Positions 43,290-53,697 are shown, numbered from the whole stretch's first letter. The stretch is DNA of 63,382 nucleotides, filler included, from an uncultured bacterium (GCA_964609495.1; 23 parts of 23 records of this genome joined end to end with filler, not necessarily neighbours in it), one strand, 5' to 3'. Program-made: numbers and translations. Notes: generated from the letters alone by a model not told the origin.

Positions 43290-43302
43290 AAGTTTGATAT
43301 AG

Positions 43303-43378
43303 GCGCCCGTAGCTCAAAGGATAGAGCGACGGCCTCCGGAGCCGCAGGTTGGAGGTTCGAATCCTCTCGGGCGCGCCA
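43303..43378 (+). tRNA. tRNA-Arg(CCG)
   Basis: Acceptor stem GCGCCCG/CGGGCGC, anticodon loop CT-CCG-GA, GGTTCGAATCC T-arm, encoded CCA. Confidence 0.96.
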
Positions 43379-43390
43379 AATTGGTATCTC

Positions 43391-43428
43391 CTAGAGGCTG
43401 GCTAGAATTGGCTAGTCTCTAGTTTTTT
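43391..43428 (+). terminator. intrinsic terminator after tRNA-Arg
   Basis: CTAGAGGCTGGC/GCTAGTCTCTAG stem followed by T6. Confidence 0.75.
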
Positions 43429-43436
43429 ATAGGAAG

Positions 43437-45286
43437 ATGCAGATGAGATATATACCGAGAAGGTTGATAGATGAGATCGCTAATAGATCGGATATAATCG
43501 AGATAGTAGGGAGGTATGTAGAGCTTAAGAGGATAGGAAGATCCTTTCGAGGCTTATGTCCCTTTCACGAGGATAAAAATCCCTCCTTCTTCGTAGATCC
43601 TGAGAGGAAGCTCTACCACTGCTTTGGTTGTTCCGCTGGAGGAGATATCTTCACTTTTATCGAAGATATGGAGAATCTGAGCTTTCCTCAAGCTGTGAAG
43701 TGGCTCGCTGATCAGATAGGATTTCCTCCCCTGCTAAATCTGACTCCCAAGGAGAAGGCGAACGAGAGGATCATCGAGTTAAACGAAATCGCTGCCAATT
43801 TCTATCATCAATTTCTCTTTAAGGAGGAGGGAAAGCGGGCTAGAGATTTTCTCGAGAAAAGAGGGATAGCTGAGGATACATTTCGTGAATTCCTCTTGGG
43901 TTGGGTCCCTGCCTTTTCTGGCATAGTTGAGCATGCAAAAAGATTTGGCTTCACCGAGAGATCGCTTTATAAGGCGGGATTGATAGTGGGGAGAAAGGGG
44001 TTGGATTCTTTTCAACAAAGGTTGCTCTTCCCTATCCATAATGATAAGGGAAGGATAGTTGGGTTCGCCGGTCGCGCTTTAGATGAGAAGCTAAATCCTA
44101 AGTATATCAATTCCGCCGGGAGTGATATATTCCGTAAAGGAGAATTGCTATACGGATTAAGTAAAACTCGTCGTTCCTTCAGGAGAAGAGGAGCGATAGT
44201 AGTAGAGGGCTATCTCGATCTTCTAACGCTCTTTCAAGCTGGAATAGATAATGCGGTAGCTATTATGGGGACTGCTCTAACCTCGGGACAGATAAATCTC
44301 CTCAAACGATATACGAAAAGTATATATCTATGTTTAGATTCTGATACCGCTGGATACAATTCTCTTGATAGAATTTCGGCATCGTTAAATGTTTTAAGGA
44401 AGGATAGCAACATATCTCCCTCCTTCAAGGTCATATCTCTTCCCGAGGGCTTGGATCCCGCTGATTTTATCCAATTAAAAGGAAGAGAAGCCTTTATTGA
44501 GCTCGTGAACAAGGCTACTTCTATTTTAGAATTTGAGCTTGAGAGGAGTTTGAGATGTAGAGATATGGATTCCTTAACGGATAAGATGGAGGCAGTTAGA
44601 GAGATAATACCCATAATTTCTGGAGTGAATAGATTGGAGAGCGAGATAGCTGTTTCTCATCTAGCTAAAGCTTTGTCGATCGAGCAAGATGCTATCTTTA
44701 GGGAGATAGAGAGGTCTTCGAATAAAGACAGTCTATCAAAGGAAGAATATCTGGTCGATATATTATGTGAGCTGAGGAATAAGTTATCCTCTGTATCCGG
44801 GTTGAAATCTCGCTTTATTCTTCCCGATCAAACTATCCGTCAGATAGCTACTTGTCAGCCTGAAACATTTGAGGAATTGGAGGCTATAAGGGGGATTGGT
44901 GAGATAAGGCTTGCTAAGTATGGAAGGTTAATTTTAGCTATTCTGATTTGGGATAGATCGGATATTGACAAATTGCTGAAGGAATATCCTGAGGCTTGCA
45001 GATTCGGGATTAGCTATCATAAAACCACTTCTGCTCTCAGCTTAGTTCCATCCCTAATCAATATCATCTATGCGGCGGTGCGGGAGGTTCAAGTAAGAAG
45101 GACTACGCTGGCTAAGATCCTGATCGGCTATGAAAGTAAGATGATCAAGAAAAAGGGATATGATAAGCTTAGATGTTACGGGCGTTTAGAAGGAATGAGC
45201 CAGAATAGTATCCTAGGACTTATAGATGAATTAATAGATAGAGGATATTTTGAATTTACAGATAAGGATATGATAAAACCTAAGAG
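43437..45286 (+). CDS. dnaG: DnaG-type primase with C-terminal HRDC and RQC (RecQ-type) domains (3' truncated)
   Basis: CHC2 finger CPFH..HCFGC, GFAGR..PKYINS, TOPRIM VVEGYLD..GTA..LDSDTAG..DPAD; then HRDC and RQC signatures. Confidence 0.88.
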
Positions 45287-45478
45287 NNNNNNNNNNNNNN
45301 NNNNNNNNNNNNNNNNNNNNNNNNNNNNNNTTAATTAATTAANNNNNNNNNNNNNNNNNNNNNNNNNNNNNNNNNNNNNNNNNNNNGAGACCATATAAAA
45401 TCTAGCTTCAGCTTCAATTTAGAGAGCTAATTTTTGACAGAGCCAAACCAAAAGGGAGGGGGGACGAGAAATAGTGCG

Positions 45479-45613
45479 AAGCATAGACTTAAGCTCTATC
45501 TTGATGTTCCCTCTCCCCTCGTGGGAGAGGGCCAGGGTGAGGGGGGATTTATATCTTGAACTCCCTAGCGAAAAGCTACTTAAAATCTGCTAGCACAAGC
45601 TTTACATGCTTAG
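45479..45613 (-). repeat. REP-like hairpin enclosed by AAGCAT-type termini
   Basis: Inverted type A REP 45506-45546; terminus CTAAGCATGTAAAGCTTGTGCTAGCAGATTTTAAG (45613-45579); AAGCATAG at 45479. Confidence 0.8.
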
Positions 45614-45629
45614 GATCTTGTATTTTCTC

Positions 45630-45658
45630 TTGTAATTAACTTGATAGCGTGGTATAAT
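45630..45658 (+). promoter_or_regulatory. sigma70 promoter for the Fur-family gene
   Basis: TTGTAA-17 bp-TATAAT with extended -10 TG. Confidence 0.65.
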
Positions 45659-45681
45659 ATAGATATACAAATCAAGATATA

Positions 45682-46125
45682 TTGTGTGATTTTATGAATG
45701 TTATCGATAAGGAGCTATCAAGAGCTTTCAAATCTAGAAATCTTAGAATGACTAAGCAGAGAGCGGCTATCTTAGAAGTACTCAGAGGTACTGATTTGCA
45801 CCCCACTGCCGATTGGATATATGAGAAAGTCCGCGAGATACTTCCTAATATAAGCTTAGGGACAGTTTATAGAAATCTCAATATCCTTAAAGAACACAGA
45901 TTGCTCAAAGAATTAAATGATGGTGGCGAGGTAAGCCACTTCGACGGAAATACTGAAAATCACTATCACTTTATATGTCTAAGGTGTAAAAGGATATTCG
46001 ACATCGATGAGCCAGTCGATATCCAGTTGGATAGAAGGATCTCCTCTAAAACTGGCTTCGAGATTGATCATCATCGGTTAGAATTCTATGGTATATGTCC
46101 GGCTTGTAGGGGCCTTCCCTATTAA
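45682..46125 (+). CDS. Fur family transcriptional regulator (PerR-like)
   Basis: RMTKQR, HPTADWIY, ISLGTVYRNL, HYHFICLRC, YGICPAC. Confidence 0.95.
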   Translation: MCDFMNVIDKELSRAFKSRNLRMTKQRAAILEVLRGTDLHPTADWIYEKVREILPNISLGTVYRNLNILKEHRLLKELNDGGEVSHFDGNTENHYHFICLRCKRIFDIDEPVDIQLDRRISSKTGFEIDHHRLEFYGICPACRGLPY

Positions 46126-46237
46126 TATAGGGGGTAGAAAAGGTAACTTTTTTAACCTTGAGTTCTATTGACTGCAAAAAAATTACCTTTTAGGGGAGGA
46201 TCCCTCCCCCTATAGAATGAAGGAGTAAAAAGGATAG

Positions 46238-46468
46238 ATGGGAGAGTATCAGGAGGTGGAAATCAGGACTGAGACGATAAAGCTTGGTCAGTTCCTGAAA
46301 TGGATAAATCTTACTCTTTCGGGAGGGGAAGCCAAGCGACTGATCGAAGATGGACTTATTAAAGTTAATGGAGAAGTAGAGATAAGACGAGGTAGGAAGT
46401 TGAAAGCTGGTGATGTGATAGAGATAAGTGATTACGACACTTTTAAGATCGTTATTAAGGGGAGATAG
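46238..46468 (+). CDS. yaaA: S4-domain RNA-binding protein YaaA
   Basis: IKLGQFLK..SGGEAK..VNGEVE.RRGRKL; upstream of recF. Confidence 0.9.
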   Translation: MGEYQEVEIRTETIKLGQFLKWINLTLSGGEAKRLIEDGLIKVNGEVEIRRGRKLKAGDVIEISDYDTFKIVIKGR

Positions 46469-46471
46469 ATT

Positions 46472-47698
46472 TTGCAACTTAAGAGATTAACCCTCCGAAA
46501 CTTCAGAAACTTTCCCCAAATAGACTTAAGATTCGGTTTTTCTCCGACCATCTTTATCGGCAATAACGCTCAGGGTAAGTCTAATCTGTTAGAGGCGATA
46601 TATTTCCTGGTAAGTGGACGCTCTCCCCGCACTACTAAGGATAATGAGATGGTAAGGTGGGACTGTGAGGCAACTTATCTAAGAGGGGAGATAGAGAGAG
46701 CTGGAAGTGACATCTTACTGGAGATCATCCAACCTAGAGTGGGGAAGAGAACGATTAAATTTAATAATAACAAGCTCAATCGATTAACCGAATTGATAGG
46801 GCAAATTAAGGTGTCGATCTTCTCTGCCGAGGATCTAGGGGTAGTGAAAGCCGATCCCTCCTATCGTCGTAGATTCATCGATCTGAGTTTATTTCAACTC
46901 AGTCCTCAGTATCTATTCTATAGCCAACGTTATCAAAAGATATTACAACAACGTAATATGCTTCTCAAGAGGGTCAGGGATAAAGAAGCCTCTCCTGATC
47001 AGCTTGAGGTTTGGGACAAACAGTTGATAGATGTTGGAGCGGAGTTGATGTTGAGAAGGATAAATTATATCTCTCGACTAGACGATGTATCTAGTGGCAT
47101 ACATCGTCTTTTAACTGAAGGAGTGGAGAAACTAGAGATAGTTTATGAACCATCCTTCCCTATTAATATAGGAAGGGTAGAGGGAGGGCTTCCTTCCCCT
47201 ATAGAAGGGGATGGACTCGAGAGGATAAAGGATAGCTATCGTCAGAAGATACGGCAGAGGAGAGGCATAGAGATCCACCGAGGGATGACGCTCTATGGTC
47301 CTCATCGCGATGATCTGATATTTTATGTAAATGATGTAGATATGAAAGTGTATGGCTCTCAAGGACAGCAGAGGACGATCGCATTATCCCTGAAGTTAGC
47401 GGAATTGGAGATCATCGGAGAGGAGGCGGAGGAAGCTCCTCTCCTTCTCTTAGATGATGTAGCCTCGGAATTGGATGATCCCCGACGGGAGTTCGTCTTC
47501 ACCCAATTGGAGAAGGAGAAGGTGCAGATCTTTATCACTGGCAATAGATTAGACGATTTTCCCTTTCGCTTTAGAGATAAAGCAGAGATATTTATGATAT
47601 CGGGAGGGTGGGTGGAATCTATAGTCGATAAAATAAGCATAAATAATCATAGGGATTTGACCCTCTTTGGAGATAATGTTCAGGAAATAAGAGATTGA
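46472..47698 (+). CDS. recF: DNA replication/repair protein RecF
   Basis: NFRN, GNNAQGKSNLLEA, GPHRDDL, SQGQQRT, LLLDDVASELD. Confidence 0.98.
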   Translation: MQLKRLTLRNFRNFPQIDLRFGFSPTIFIGNNAQGKSNLLEAIYFLVSGRSPRTTKDNEMVRWDCEATYLRGEIERAGSDILLEIIQPRVGKRTIKFNNNKLNRLTELIGQIKVSIFSAEDLGVVKADPSYRRRFIDLSLFQLSPQYLFYSQRYQKILQQRNMLLKRVRDKEASPDQLEVWDKQLIDVGAELMLRRINYISRLDDVSSGIHRLLTEGVEKLEIVYEPSFPINIGRVEGGLPSPIEGDGLERIKDSYRQKIRQRRGIEIHRGMTLYGPHRDDLIFYVNDVDMKVYGSQGQQRTIALSLKLAELEIIGEEAEEAPLLLLDDVASELDDPRREFVFTQLEKEKVQIFITGNRLDDFPFRFRDKAEIFMISGGWVESIVDKISINNHRDLTLFGDNVQEIRD

Positions 47699-47726
47699 GC
47701 AATTATTAATAGTGGAGGTGACGTTA

Positions 47727-47780
47727 GTCAACTACTGACGACTAAAGGTCGTCAGCTTGTAGCTCTCCTCTTTCGAGGAG
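47727..47780. mobile_element. IS200/IS605-superfamily terminal palindrome remnant (no ORF)
   Basis: GTCAACTAC-CTGACGAC/TAAAG/GTCGTCAG-CTTGTAG pattern plus second hairpin CTCCTC-TTTC-GAGGAG. Confidence 0.6.
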
Positions 47781-47823
47781 TCTATGATTTAAGGAAACTT
47801 TTTTACCTTGAGTCCTACCTAGG

Positions 47824-47907
47824 AAGCATATAGAATCGGGGATCAAAAAGTTTTTACTTCGTGATGATTTCAGATCGAGTTATAACTCCCCCTCACCCTG
47901 GCCCTCT
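47824..47907 (+). repeat. leader plus REP-like hairpin, cut at contig end
   Basis: Homologous to 14781-14872. Confidence 0.85.
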
Positions 47908-48007
47908 NNNNNNNNNNNNNNNNNNNNNNNNNNNNNNNNNNNNNNNNNNNNTTAATTAATTAANNNNNNNNNNNNNNNNNNNNNNNNNNNNNNNNNNNNN
48001 NNNNNNN

Positions 48008-49428
48008 ATAAGGAGGGGGGTATACCGCTAGTTATCTTCAACCCTCTCTCTTGGAAGAGGAGCGATCTGGTGGTAACTCATGTGATAACGAATCAAGTGA
48101 ATCTGGGGGGCGTAGTTGTAAAGGATGCGAATGGTAAGGAGCTACCCTGCCAGATACTAAAGAAGGAGGAAGCCTCGGAAGATGATAGGATAGATACGTT
48201 CAGAGAACAGACCCGCTTCGATATCCTCTTCGTGGCTCGTGATGTTCCGTCAATGGGATATAAGGTCTATTATGTGTATCCAGTGAAGGAGGAGGTGAAG
48301 TATGAGAGCGATCTGGAGGTATCGGAGAATAAGATTAAGAATAGCGAGTATGAGATAGGACTAACCGATGGCTTTATAAGTAGTTTGAAGTGTCAAGGTA
48401 TAGAACTATTGGGAGAGGAAGAGTATAAGTTCAATGAGATAGTAGTGCTTGAGAATATTCGCCACGATCTGGAGGATGATATTGACGAAGAGGCGCGTCA
48501 AGAGGGACGAGAAGTCGATAAGACGAACTTCACTGGACGTCAGTGGCGAGCGAGCGATAATCCTACTCAAGTTGAGATCGTCGAGAAGGGGCCAGTCCGA
48601 GCGGTTTTACGAATTTCGGGAAAGGTCCTCGATGTTCCGATAGTTCAGGAGATAACCCTATACAAGGGATTATCCCGAGTAGATCTTAGTGCTACTATCG
48701 ACTGGAAGGGTAAGAAGAACACCTTAGTCCAACTTGCTCTTCCCTTCGCTATTCCCGATTCTCACGCTACTTATGAGACTCCCTTCGGGCATGTGGTCTT
48801 TGGTCAGGATGAGATGGAGGGAAGTTTCAAGGACGCGGGCGGACGCTTTGTTCAGAAGTGGGGTGATGTGGGTAACGATAAATACGGAGTAACTTTAGCT
48901 ACTCAGAATTGCACTCATTTCCTAAAGGATAATGGCGTCTATCCTGTTCTGATCCGAACTGCTTATAGCTCGGGAACTCCTTTCCTCTGGTATTACCAAT
49001 GTGGTCGTCATACCTTCCGCCATTCGTTACTTCCCCATCGAGGGGATTGGAAGTCTGCTCACTCCTTCCGTCACGGTTGGGAGTTCAATAATCCCCTAAT
49101 GGTCGGAAAGATGGATAGCTGTCGTCCGATCGCTCCTATAAAAGGCAAGAATTATCTCGCCGAGGAAGGTTCTATGGGAGAGGTGGATAAGGAAAATGTT
49201 GTGTTGACCACGATCAAACAAGCTATGGATAAGGATGGGTGGATAGTTAGATTATTTGAGGTAGAAGGGAAGAGTGAAGAGATAACTTTGAAATTCTCCT
49301 TCCCCGTCAAAAAAGCTTGGGAAGTCGATCTTATGGAGGATGAGATGGAGTCCCTTCTATTTGAAGATAATGAAGTGAAGTTGCAGGTAGCTCCCTACGG
49401 GATACATACCTTGAAGGTCTGGTTTTAA
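48008..49428 (+). CDS. GH38 alpha-mannosidase-like protein, C-terminal domains (5' truncated)
   Basis: VIFNPLSWKRS, VPSMGYKVY, EKGPVRA, TYETPFG, WIVRLFE..G, PYGIHT. Confidence 0.88.
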
Positions 49429-49443
49429 TAGCAGGATCTCAAT

Positions 49444-49477
49444 CCCTTCCTCTCTCCTCTAAGGGGGAGGGAAGGGG
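49444..49477. repeat. REP-like GC hairpin
   Basis: CCCTTCCTCTCTCCTCTAAGGGGGAGGGAAGGGG. Confidence 0.55.
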
Positions 49478-49506
49478 TTAGATATAAATTCGCAGGAGGA
49501 ATAAAT

Positions 49507-50513
49507 ATGATTCCAAAAGACATTGAGCAAATTACTGAGGAAGACTTACAATATCTAGTAGATAATTCGGTATTAGAGAGCAAAACACTAGATTATAAAC
49601 AATCATTACCAGGTAACAAAGATAGTGATAAAAAAGAATTTCTTGCAGATGTTTCATCTTTCGCAAACGCTAGTGGTGGCGATTTAATATATGGCATTAT
49701 TGAGGATAGGAACACAGGGACTCCCGAAAAATTAGCGGGGTTGTCTATTAAAAATGTTGATCAGGAAATTAGCAGATTAGAAAATATAATAAGAGATGGA
49801 ATTGAACCAAGAATAATAGGGATAACCATTCAACCAGTTGCTCTCTCAAATTCAAAAACAGCTTTAATAATCAGGGTCCCTAAAAGTTGGATCAGTCCTC
49901 ATCGTGTTTCTCTTGGAAAGCATAATAAGTTTTACTCAAGAAATTCAGGGGGAAAATATCAATTAGATGTTGGGGAATTGCGAGTTGCTTTTAATTTATC
50001 CGAAACAATAGCAGAAAGAGTTAGAAGATTTAGAGAAGATAGGATATCAAAGATACTTGCTAGTGAAACTCCTTTCCTCCTTTATGATAGTGCCAAGATA
50101 GTCCTTCATCTAATACCATTCATTTCGTTTACTCCTGCTCAAAGTTATGATATAAGTAAAATAGCCTCTAATCCTGGGAAAATGCAACCAATATATTGTT
50201 CTGGATGGGATCACAGATATAACATTGATGGATTCTTAACTTATTGCGGAGCTAGAGGAGAAAAATCGCATTCTTATGTTCAACTCTTTAGGAATGGAAT
50301 TATTGAGGCTGTAGAAGGATTTCTGCTTGATCCTCGCCACAAGGAAGGAAGGTTATTAATTCCTAGTGTTGCTTATGAAAAAGAGTTAATTAAATCACTC
50401 TCCGATTATCTTTCTGTTCTTAGAACATTAAATGTTGAGTTGCCGATCTTCATCTTCTCAACTCTACTTGGAGTTAAAGGATACTCGATGGGTACCAGCC
50501 GATCATCTAGAGT
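49507..50513 (+). CDS. Schlafen/AlbA_2 domain protein (3' truncated)
   Basis: ESKTLDYK..EFLADVSSFANASGGDLIYGI..IEPRI..IRVPKSWISPH..FYSR. Confidence 0.9.
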
Positions 50514-50613
50514 NNNNNNNNNNNNNNNNNNNNNNNNNNNNNNNNNNNNNNNNNNNNTTAATTAATTAANNNNNNNNNNNNNNNNNNNNNNNNNNNNNNN
50601 NNNNNNNNNNNNN

Positions 50614-51565
50614 GCCCATGGATCTCTCCCCAGAAGATAGGCTGCTTCCTCCCATCTTCCACGACCTTAATAGGATTGCTAACTCCAGCCACCTTATTGC
50701 CAGAATCTTCCACAAAGATACGAACTACTCCCGCCCTTCCGATCTTCAAATCTTTGAACTCACGAGCGGAATCATCCTCTTCTGTGAAGGTATAATCTAT
50801 AGGGAAACCATCTCCTTCGCCACCAATAAGCTCGATCCTCATCGTTCCCTCATAATCGCTTGCCAAGTTGCTATAAGTATCGCAAGCCACCACCCTTAGG
50901 TCAAAGGGTTCATTCTCCTCTACAACCATAGGGGCTTTAACCTTTAGATATTTTGCTTTGCCTCCTACAACCTTTATCTTGGGTAGAAGGTGAGCGATCT
51001 TTCTGACTGGGGCTAGGCGGGTGATGACTCTGAACCAAGAAGCCTGATTCAATATCTTATTATCGGGCTTCCCCTCGGTATCCACGAAGATGGGGAAATC
51101 CACCTCTCTAGCCATAATTTGAGCCTGAGCTCCTATAGAGCCATAGGAAGTATTGCCATAGGTTATCTTAATAACATCCCTGTGAAATAGGGTTGCCCCC
51201 TCAATGAGGCCTTGGATTATATGACATCCGAGGCTGTAGCGTTGCAATTTCTCTGGAACAGGAATTACTCGTAGGGAAATATTTCCTGCACCTTGTAAGA
51301 TCGCAGTAGTGTAGCCAGGGGCTACACTATCATAGGTCTGGGGGATCGACCAGGTATTGGTGGGATAGCTGGTGTTGAAGACGATCTCGATTCCTCCCCC
51401 GGGAGGAATCGGCTTTTTACCAACAGTATAGACGAACTCCCAGGTTCCGTATCCTCCAGCTTCTATCTCCTCCTTACCCACCACGTATACAGATCCAAGT
51501 TCAGGATGAGAAAAGGTTTCAGTCACATCGTTAAGCTTTTTCTTCATATTGTTATCACTCTCCAC
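50614..51565 (-). CDS. DUF3604-type metallohydrolase, N-terminal part
   Basis: YTVG..IPPGGGI..PGYTT, D.YSN, SNPIKV..IFWGEIHG truncated at the first metal motif. Confidence 0.8.
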
Positions 51566-51603
51566 CCAGGATTAGATTTATCACCTCTCTTCATCGTCGT
51601 TCC

Positions 51604-52929
51604 CTAATAGACGACCACCCTATCCTCCAAATCAGCTACGAACTTCCTCAATTTTAGATCTAAATCTTTGGCTATTCCGGGCTCCTTATCGATCAGATTA
51701 TTTTGCTCCGTAGGATCATCTTTGAGGTTATATAGCTCGGGAGGCTTGTTCTCGTGATATACCTTATCCTCAAACCAGAACATATAGCTCCACTCATAAT
51801 CCTTGATAGCCCAAGAACGATTGTAAATCCCTATATAAGCATAATCTCGAATCTTATCGACCTCTCCCGCCATAAGTGGTAGCAGGCTCCTCCCATGCAT
51901 CTCCTTAGGCCCTTCGATGCCTAAGAAGTCGAGTATAGTGGGCATAAGATCTGGCGTTTCGATTAGAGCGGATATCCTCTTGCTATGGGCTATCTCAGGA
52001 TGCTTTATGATGAAGGGAATATGAACTAACTCCTGATAGAGCCAAGGACGGCACTTTCTAATTATCCCATGATCACCGAAGGGCTCTCCGTGATCGGTAG
52101 TATAAACTATCAAGGTGTTATCGAAGAGTCCCATCTCCCTCAACTTATCGAGGAATATCCCCACCCACTTATCTACAATAGTCACCTCTCCCGCATAGAG
52201 GGCTTTGGTATGGTTCAGCTCTTCTTCCGTAAGGTATCCCTCTACTAAGCGAGGAATAGGATCGATTATATCCTTTCCCTCGTAATCGGGATCATACATC
52301 TTATCGTAAGGAGGGCATGGATCCCAGGGCTCGTGAGGATCGAAGCAATCGAGCCAGAGGAAGAGATTATCCCTCCTCTCCTGTTTCTCCAGCCACTCGA
52401 TTCCGGCTTTCACCACTTGGGCTACGAAATGATCCTCATCCGTCCTCCAATTATGCGTATTCTTTAGATACTGCTTCAGTAGCTCTCTAAATCTCGTATC
52501 CTGACCATCGCTCTTATAATATTTATCCACATCTACCTTTATATCAGGATCGACTATATAAGGATCGTATTCTTGTCCCCTAATCCATCTGACGTAGTCA
52601 AACCCTCTCCCATAACCCATCTGTGGCTTGTGCATATGATAGACATCGGTGATCAGAGCGGAATTGTACCCTTTATCCCAAAGTATCTCGGAAAGAAGGA
52701 TATCATCCGATTCTATACGTTGCCAACCGCGGAAGGGGAAGGTGTACCGACCGGTGAAGAAGGTGGTTCGGGTGGGAAGAGTAGGAAGCCCTTCACTATA
52801 AGCCCATTCAAAGAGCGTAGATTCTGAGGCTAGCTTGTCGATATTAGGCGTCTTTATCCAATCATTACCATAAGTTCCTACGTGATCCACCCTTAGACTA
52901 TCGGTTATGATAACTATTACGTTCATCAA
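51604..52929 (-). CDS. sulfatase-like hydrolase (alkaline phosphatase superfamily) with Thr at the FGly position
   Basis: ITDSLRVD, TPNID, PTLPTR..FTG, FDPHEPWD, TTDHG, DLMPTILD, ELYNL..DP.E. Confidence 0.92.
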   Translation of the reverse strand: MMNVIVIITDSLRVDHVGTYGNDWIKTPNIDKLASESTLFEWAYSEGLPTLPTRTTFFTGRYTFPFRGWQRIESDDILLSEILWDKGYNSALITDVYHMHKPQMGYGRGFDYVRWIRGQEYDPYIVDPDIKVDVDKYYKSDGQDTRFRELLKQYLKNTHNWRTDEDHFVAQVVKAGIEWLEKQERRDNLFLWLDCFDPHEPWDPCPPYDKMYDPDYEGKDIIDPIPRLVEGYLTEEELNHTKALYAGEVTIVDKWVGIFLDKLREMGLFDNTLIVYTTDHGEPFGDHGIIRKCRPWLYQELVHIPFIIKHPEIAHSKRISALIETPDLMPTILDFLGIEGPKEMHGRSLLPLMAGEVDKIRDYAYIGIYNRSWAIKDYEWSYMFWFEDKVYHENKPPELYNLKDDPTEQNNLIDKEPGIAKDLDLKLRKFVADLEDRVVVY

Positions 52930-52973
52930 ATTCTCTCCTTTCTTATATCCTATAAAAGCGGAATAAAGTATCG

Positions 52974-53101
52974 AAGCATGTAAAACTTTGTGCTGGGGAA
53001 TATGATTCCCCCCTCACCCTATCCCTCTCCCACGAGGGGAGAGGGAACTTAATTGAGAGGCTCTCTTGATCTTTTATTTCTCCCCCTCCCTTGACGGGAG
53101 G
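52974..53101 (+). repeat. AAGCAT terminus plus REP-like doublet at contig end
   Basis: AAGCATGTAAAACTTTGTGCTGGGG at 52974; type A 53008-53048; type B 53082-53101. Confidence 0.88.
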
Positions 53102-53259
53102 NNNNNNNNNNNNNNNNNNNNNNNNNNNNNNNNNNNNNNNNNNNNTTAATTAATTAANNNNNNNNNNNNNNNNNNNNNNNNNNNNNNNNNNNNNNNNNNN
53201 NTCCCCTTTTTATGCTATAATTAGAGAAGGAATCTCTAACTATAGGGGGTAGAGGGAAA

Positions 53260-53697
53260 ATGACATTTTTATATACCATGGGGTATGAGGGGGTTAGTGT
53301 TAAAGAATTCGTTAGTAAACTAATGAGCAATAATATCGATATTGTTATAGATGTTAGACAATATCCTCATAGTAGAAAGAAGGGCTTTTCCAAATCCCAA
53401 TTGCAAGCAATTTTAGAAAGTGGAAATATAACATATATTCATCTAGGAGCATTGGGTAGTCCACCTGAGATAAGAAAACAGCTTCGTGAAAGTGGAGATT
53501 ATGACAATTTCTTTGAACAATATAGTATATATCTTAGAAGTCAAATTGAATATATAGATCGGATAAATGAGCTTTTGGAGGATAAGAATTGTTGTCTATT
53601 ATGTCTAGAAAGGAATCCCGAACAATGTCACCGCAAATTAATATCAGCAGAAGTAAAAAAGCGAAATAGTAATGGATTAAGGGTTGTGCATATATGA
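53260..53697 (+). CDS. DUF488 family protein
   Basis: YTMGYEG, IDVRQYPHSRKKGFSK, Y.HL.ALG, CLLCLERNPEQCHR. Confidence 0.93.
   Translation: MTFLYTMGYEGVSVKEFVSKLMSNNIDIVIDVRQYPHSRKKGFSKSQLQAILESGNITYIHLGALGSPPEIRKQLRESGDYDNFFEQYSIYLRSQIEYIDRINELLEDKNCCLLCLERNPEQCHRKLISAEVKKRNSNGLRVVHI

Noticed and set aside
43303-43436. tRNA-Arg as integration site of a prophage carrying the primase
   Set aside because: The tRNA is followed directly by its terminator, no att duplicate or integrase is visible, and the primase gene looks host-like in composition; cannot be excluded beyond the contig end
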